From positions 48,360,001-48,424,000 of the forward strand of contig OZ024741.1 in assembly GCA_964016885.1 (NCBI GenBank): a DNA stretch of 64,000 nucleotides, given 5' to 3'. Under the pieces are notes generated by a model. It searched no databases and was not told where the DNA came from. It saw nothing but the letters and a program-made list of their open reading frames with translations. This document shows positions 61,801-64,000 of the stretch, piece after piece. Each line of letters begins with the position of its first letter. Within the stretch, counting starts at the first letter, position 1. This DNA is from Eledone cirrhosa. Its lineage: Eukaryota. The position numbers and the translations under genes were made by a program.

Positions 61801-64000
61801 CTCTACTATTCTCAATCTTCATGTAAACCCACACTGTATTGCCCTCTACCATCCTCAATCTTCATATAAACCCACACTGTATTGCCCTCTACCATTCTTA
61901 ATCTTCATGTAAACCCACACTGTATTGCCCTCTAACATTCTCAATCTTCATATAAACCCACACTGTATTGCCCTCTACCATTCTCAATCTTCATATAAAC
62001 CCACACTGTATTGCCCTCTACCATTCTCAATCTTCATATAAACCCACACTGTATTGCCCTCTACCATTCTCAATCTTCATGTAAACCCACACTGTATTGC
62101 CCTCTACCACCCTCAATCTTCATGTAAACCCCACTGTATTGCCCTCTACCATTCTCAATCTTCATGTAAACCCACACTGTATTGCCCTCTACCATTCTCA
62201 ATCTTCATGTAAACCCACACTGTATTGCCCTCTACCATCCTCAATCTTCATATAAACCCACACTGTATTGCCCTCTACCATCCTCAATCTTCATGTAAAC
62301 CGACACTGTATTGCCCTCTACCATCCTCAATCTTCATATAAACCCACACTTTATTGCCCTCTACCATCCTCAATCTTCATATAAACCCACACTGTATTGC
62401 CCTCTACCATTCTCAATCTTCATGTAAACCCACACTGTATTGCTCTCTACCATCCTCAATCTTCATATAAACCCACACTGTATTGCCCTCTACCATTCTC
62501 AATCTTCATGTAAACCCACACTGTATTGCTCTCTACCATCCTCAATCTTCATATAAACCCACACTGTATTGCCCTCTACCATTCTCAATCTTCATGTAAA
62601 CCCACACTGTATTGCTCTCTACCATCCTCAATCTTCATATAAACCCACACTGTATTGCCCTCTACCATGCTCAATCTTCATATAAACCCACTCTGTATTG
62701 CCCTCTACCATTCTCAATCTTCATATAAACCCACACTGTATTATCCTCTACCATCCTCAATCTTCATATAAACCCACACTGTATTGCCCTCTACCATGCT
62801 CAATCTTCATGTAAATCCACACTGTATTGCTCTCTACCATCCTCAATCTTCATATAAACCCACTCTGTATTGCCCTCTACCATTCTCAATCTTCATATAA
62901 ACCCACACTGTATTGTCCTCTACCATTCTCAATCTTCATGTAAACCCACAGTGTATTGCCCTCTACCATTCTCAATCTTCATGTAAACCCACACTGTATT
63001 GCCCTTTACCATTCTCAATCTTCATGTAAACCCACACTGTATTGCCCTCTACCATTCTCAATCTTCATGTAAAACCCATACTGTATTGCCCTCTACCATC
63101 CTCAATCTTCATGTAAACCCACAATGTATTGCCCTCTACCATCCTCAATCTTCATATAAACCCACACTGTATTGCCCATCACCATGGTCAATCTTCATAT
63201 AAACCAACACTGTATTGCCCTCTACCATCCTCAATCTTCATGTAAACCAATACTGTATTGCCCTCTACCATCCTCAATCTTCATGTAAACCCACATTGTA
63301 TTGCCCTCTACCATCCTCAATCTTCATGTAAACCCACACTGTATTGCCCTCTACCATCCCCAATCTTCATATAAACCCACACTGTATTGCCCTCTACCAT
63401 CCTCAATCTTCATGTAAACCCACACTCTATGGCCTCTACCATCCTCAATCGTCATGTAAACCCACACTGTATTGCCCTCTACCATTCTCAAGATTCATAT
63501 AAACCCACACTGTATTGCCCTCTACCATCCTCAATCTTCATATAAAACCACACTGTATGGCCTCTACCATCCTCAATCTTCATATAAACCCATACTATAT
63601 TGCCCTCTAACATTCTCAATCTTCATATAAACCCACACTGTGTTGCTCTCTACCATTCTCAATCTTCATGTAAACCCACACTGTATTGCCCTCTACCATG
63701 CTCAATCTTCATATAAACCCACACTGTATTGCCCTCTACCATCCTCAATCTTCATGTAAACGCACACTGTATGCCCTCTACTATTCTCAATCTTCATATA
63801 AACCCACACTGTATTGCCCTCTACCATTCTCAATCTTCATATAAACCCACACTTTATTGCCCTCTACTATTCTCAATCTTCATATAAACCCACACTGTAT
63901 TGCCCTCTACCATCCTCAATCTTCATATAAACCCACACTTTATTGCCCTCTACCGTCCTCAATCTTCATGTAAACCCACACCGTATTGCCCTCTACCATT
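49834..64000. repeat. Higher-order repeat of 5,966 bp (~139 monomers), at least 2.4 near-identical copies running off the window end
   Basis: ORF markers 51067/57033/62999, 52656/58622, 54417/60383 and 55272/61238 are all 5966 apart. The GTATT of the CCGTATTGCCCTCTACTATT variant is at 49861, 55827 and 61793. Confidence 0.95.

Larger units (their letters stand above)
1..64000. repeat. Tandem satellite array of a 43-bp monomer (CTCAATCTTCATRTAAACCCACACTGTATTGCCCTCTACCATY), ~1,490 head-to-tail copies, extending beyond both window edges
   Basis: The motif recurs every 43 bp (occasionally 42 or 44) from base 1 to 64000. Monomers usually differ from the consensus by 0-3 bases. No non-repeat sequence or strand switch was seen. 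Confidence 0.99.

Noticed and set aside
10971-63202. 27 short + strand ORFs (60-95 aa, e.g. MPFTILNLHVNPHCIALYH...)
   Set aside because: They are translations of the satellite from TTG starts. Because 43 is not a multiple of 3, the reading cycles through all frames and meets the TAA of RTAAA about every 129 bp. ORFs exceed 60 aa only where an indel or substitution skips it. They are useful only as duplication markers.
1-64000. CRISPR array
   Set aside because: The monomers abut directly with no unique spacers, and there is no leader, palindromic repeat or cas gene.
1-64000. Repeat-encoded protein or minus-strand peptide (MVEGNTVWVYMKIE...)
   Set aside because: The minus strand has TAG and TGA stops in each monomer, limiting the ATG-started ORF to ~27 codons. 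There is no evidence of coding function.
1-64000. Telomerase-synthesised telomeric tract
   Set aside because: The 43-bp unit is longer than the telomerase-templated repeats I know. Ordered variants inherited in multi-kb blocks indicate DNA-templated duplication, not repeated copying from one RNA template. A telomere-associated role is kept only as a hypothesis.
1-64000. Transposon insertions, inversions or rRNA/tRNA arrays
   Set aside because: No non-monomer sequence, reverse-complement monomer or structured-RNA motif was seen on reading through. A very short insertion could have been missed by eye.
1-64000. Assignment to a named satellite or a CENP-B box
   Set aside because: The consensus lacks CpG, so it cannot contain the canonical CENP-B box (TTCG....A..CGGG), and it does not resemble any family I can recall with confidence.

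Overview
The whole 64 kb window is one uninterrupted, single-orientation tandem array of a 43-bp satellite monomer, consensus CTCAATCTTCATRTAAACCCACACTGTATTGCCCTCTACCATY (about 1,490 copies, 64000/43). The + strand is strongly C-rich and G-poor (15-16 C against 2-3 G per monomer), and the consensus has no CpG. I found no genes, RNA genes, transposon insertions, inversions or unique spacers. All ORFs in the track are translations of the satellite that run past 60 aa only where an indel or substitution lets them bypass the monomer's stop codon. The real information lies in the variant monomers, which show a layered, nested series of segmental duplications instead of one fixed higher-order repeat (HOR). 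Offsets read from diagnostic variants are 86, 344, 388, 1160, 1204, 1974, ~2.2-2.3 kb, 2406, 3432, 4073, 5363, 5966 and 6103 bp. The array splits into about four variant domains and ends in a near-perfect 5,966-bp (~139-monomer) unit present in at least 2.4 copies. It looks like eukaryotic satellite or minisatellite DNA (centromeric, pericentromeric or subtelomeric), but I do not recognise the family or the organism. Duplication boundaries were read by eye and are approximate.
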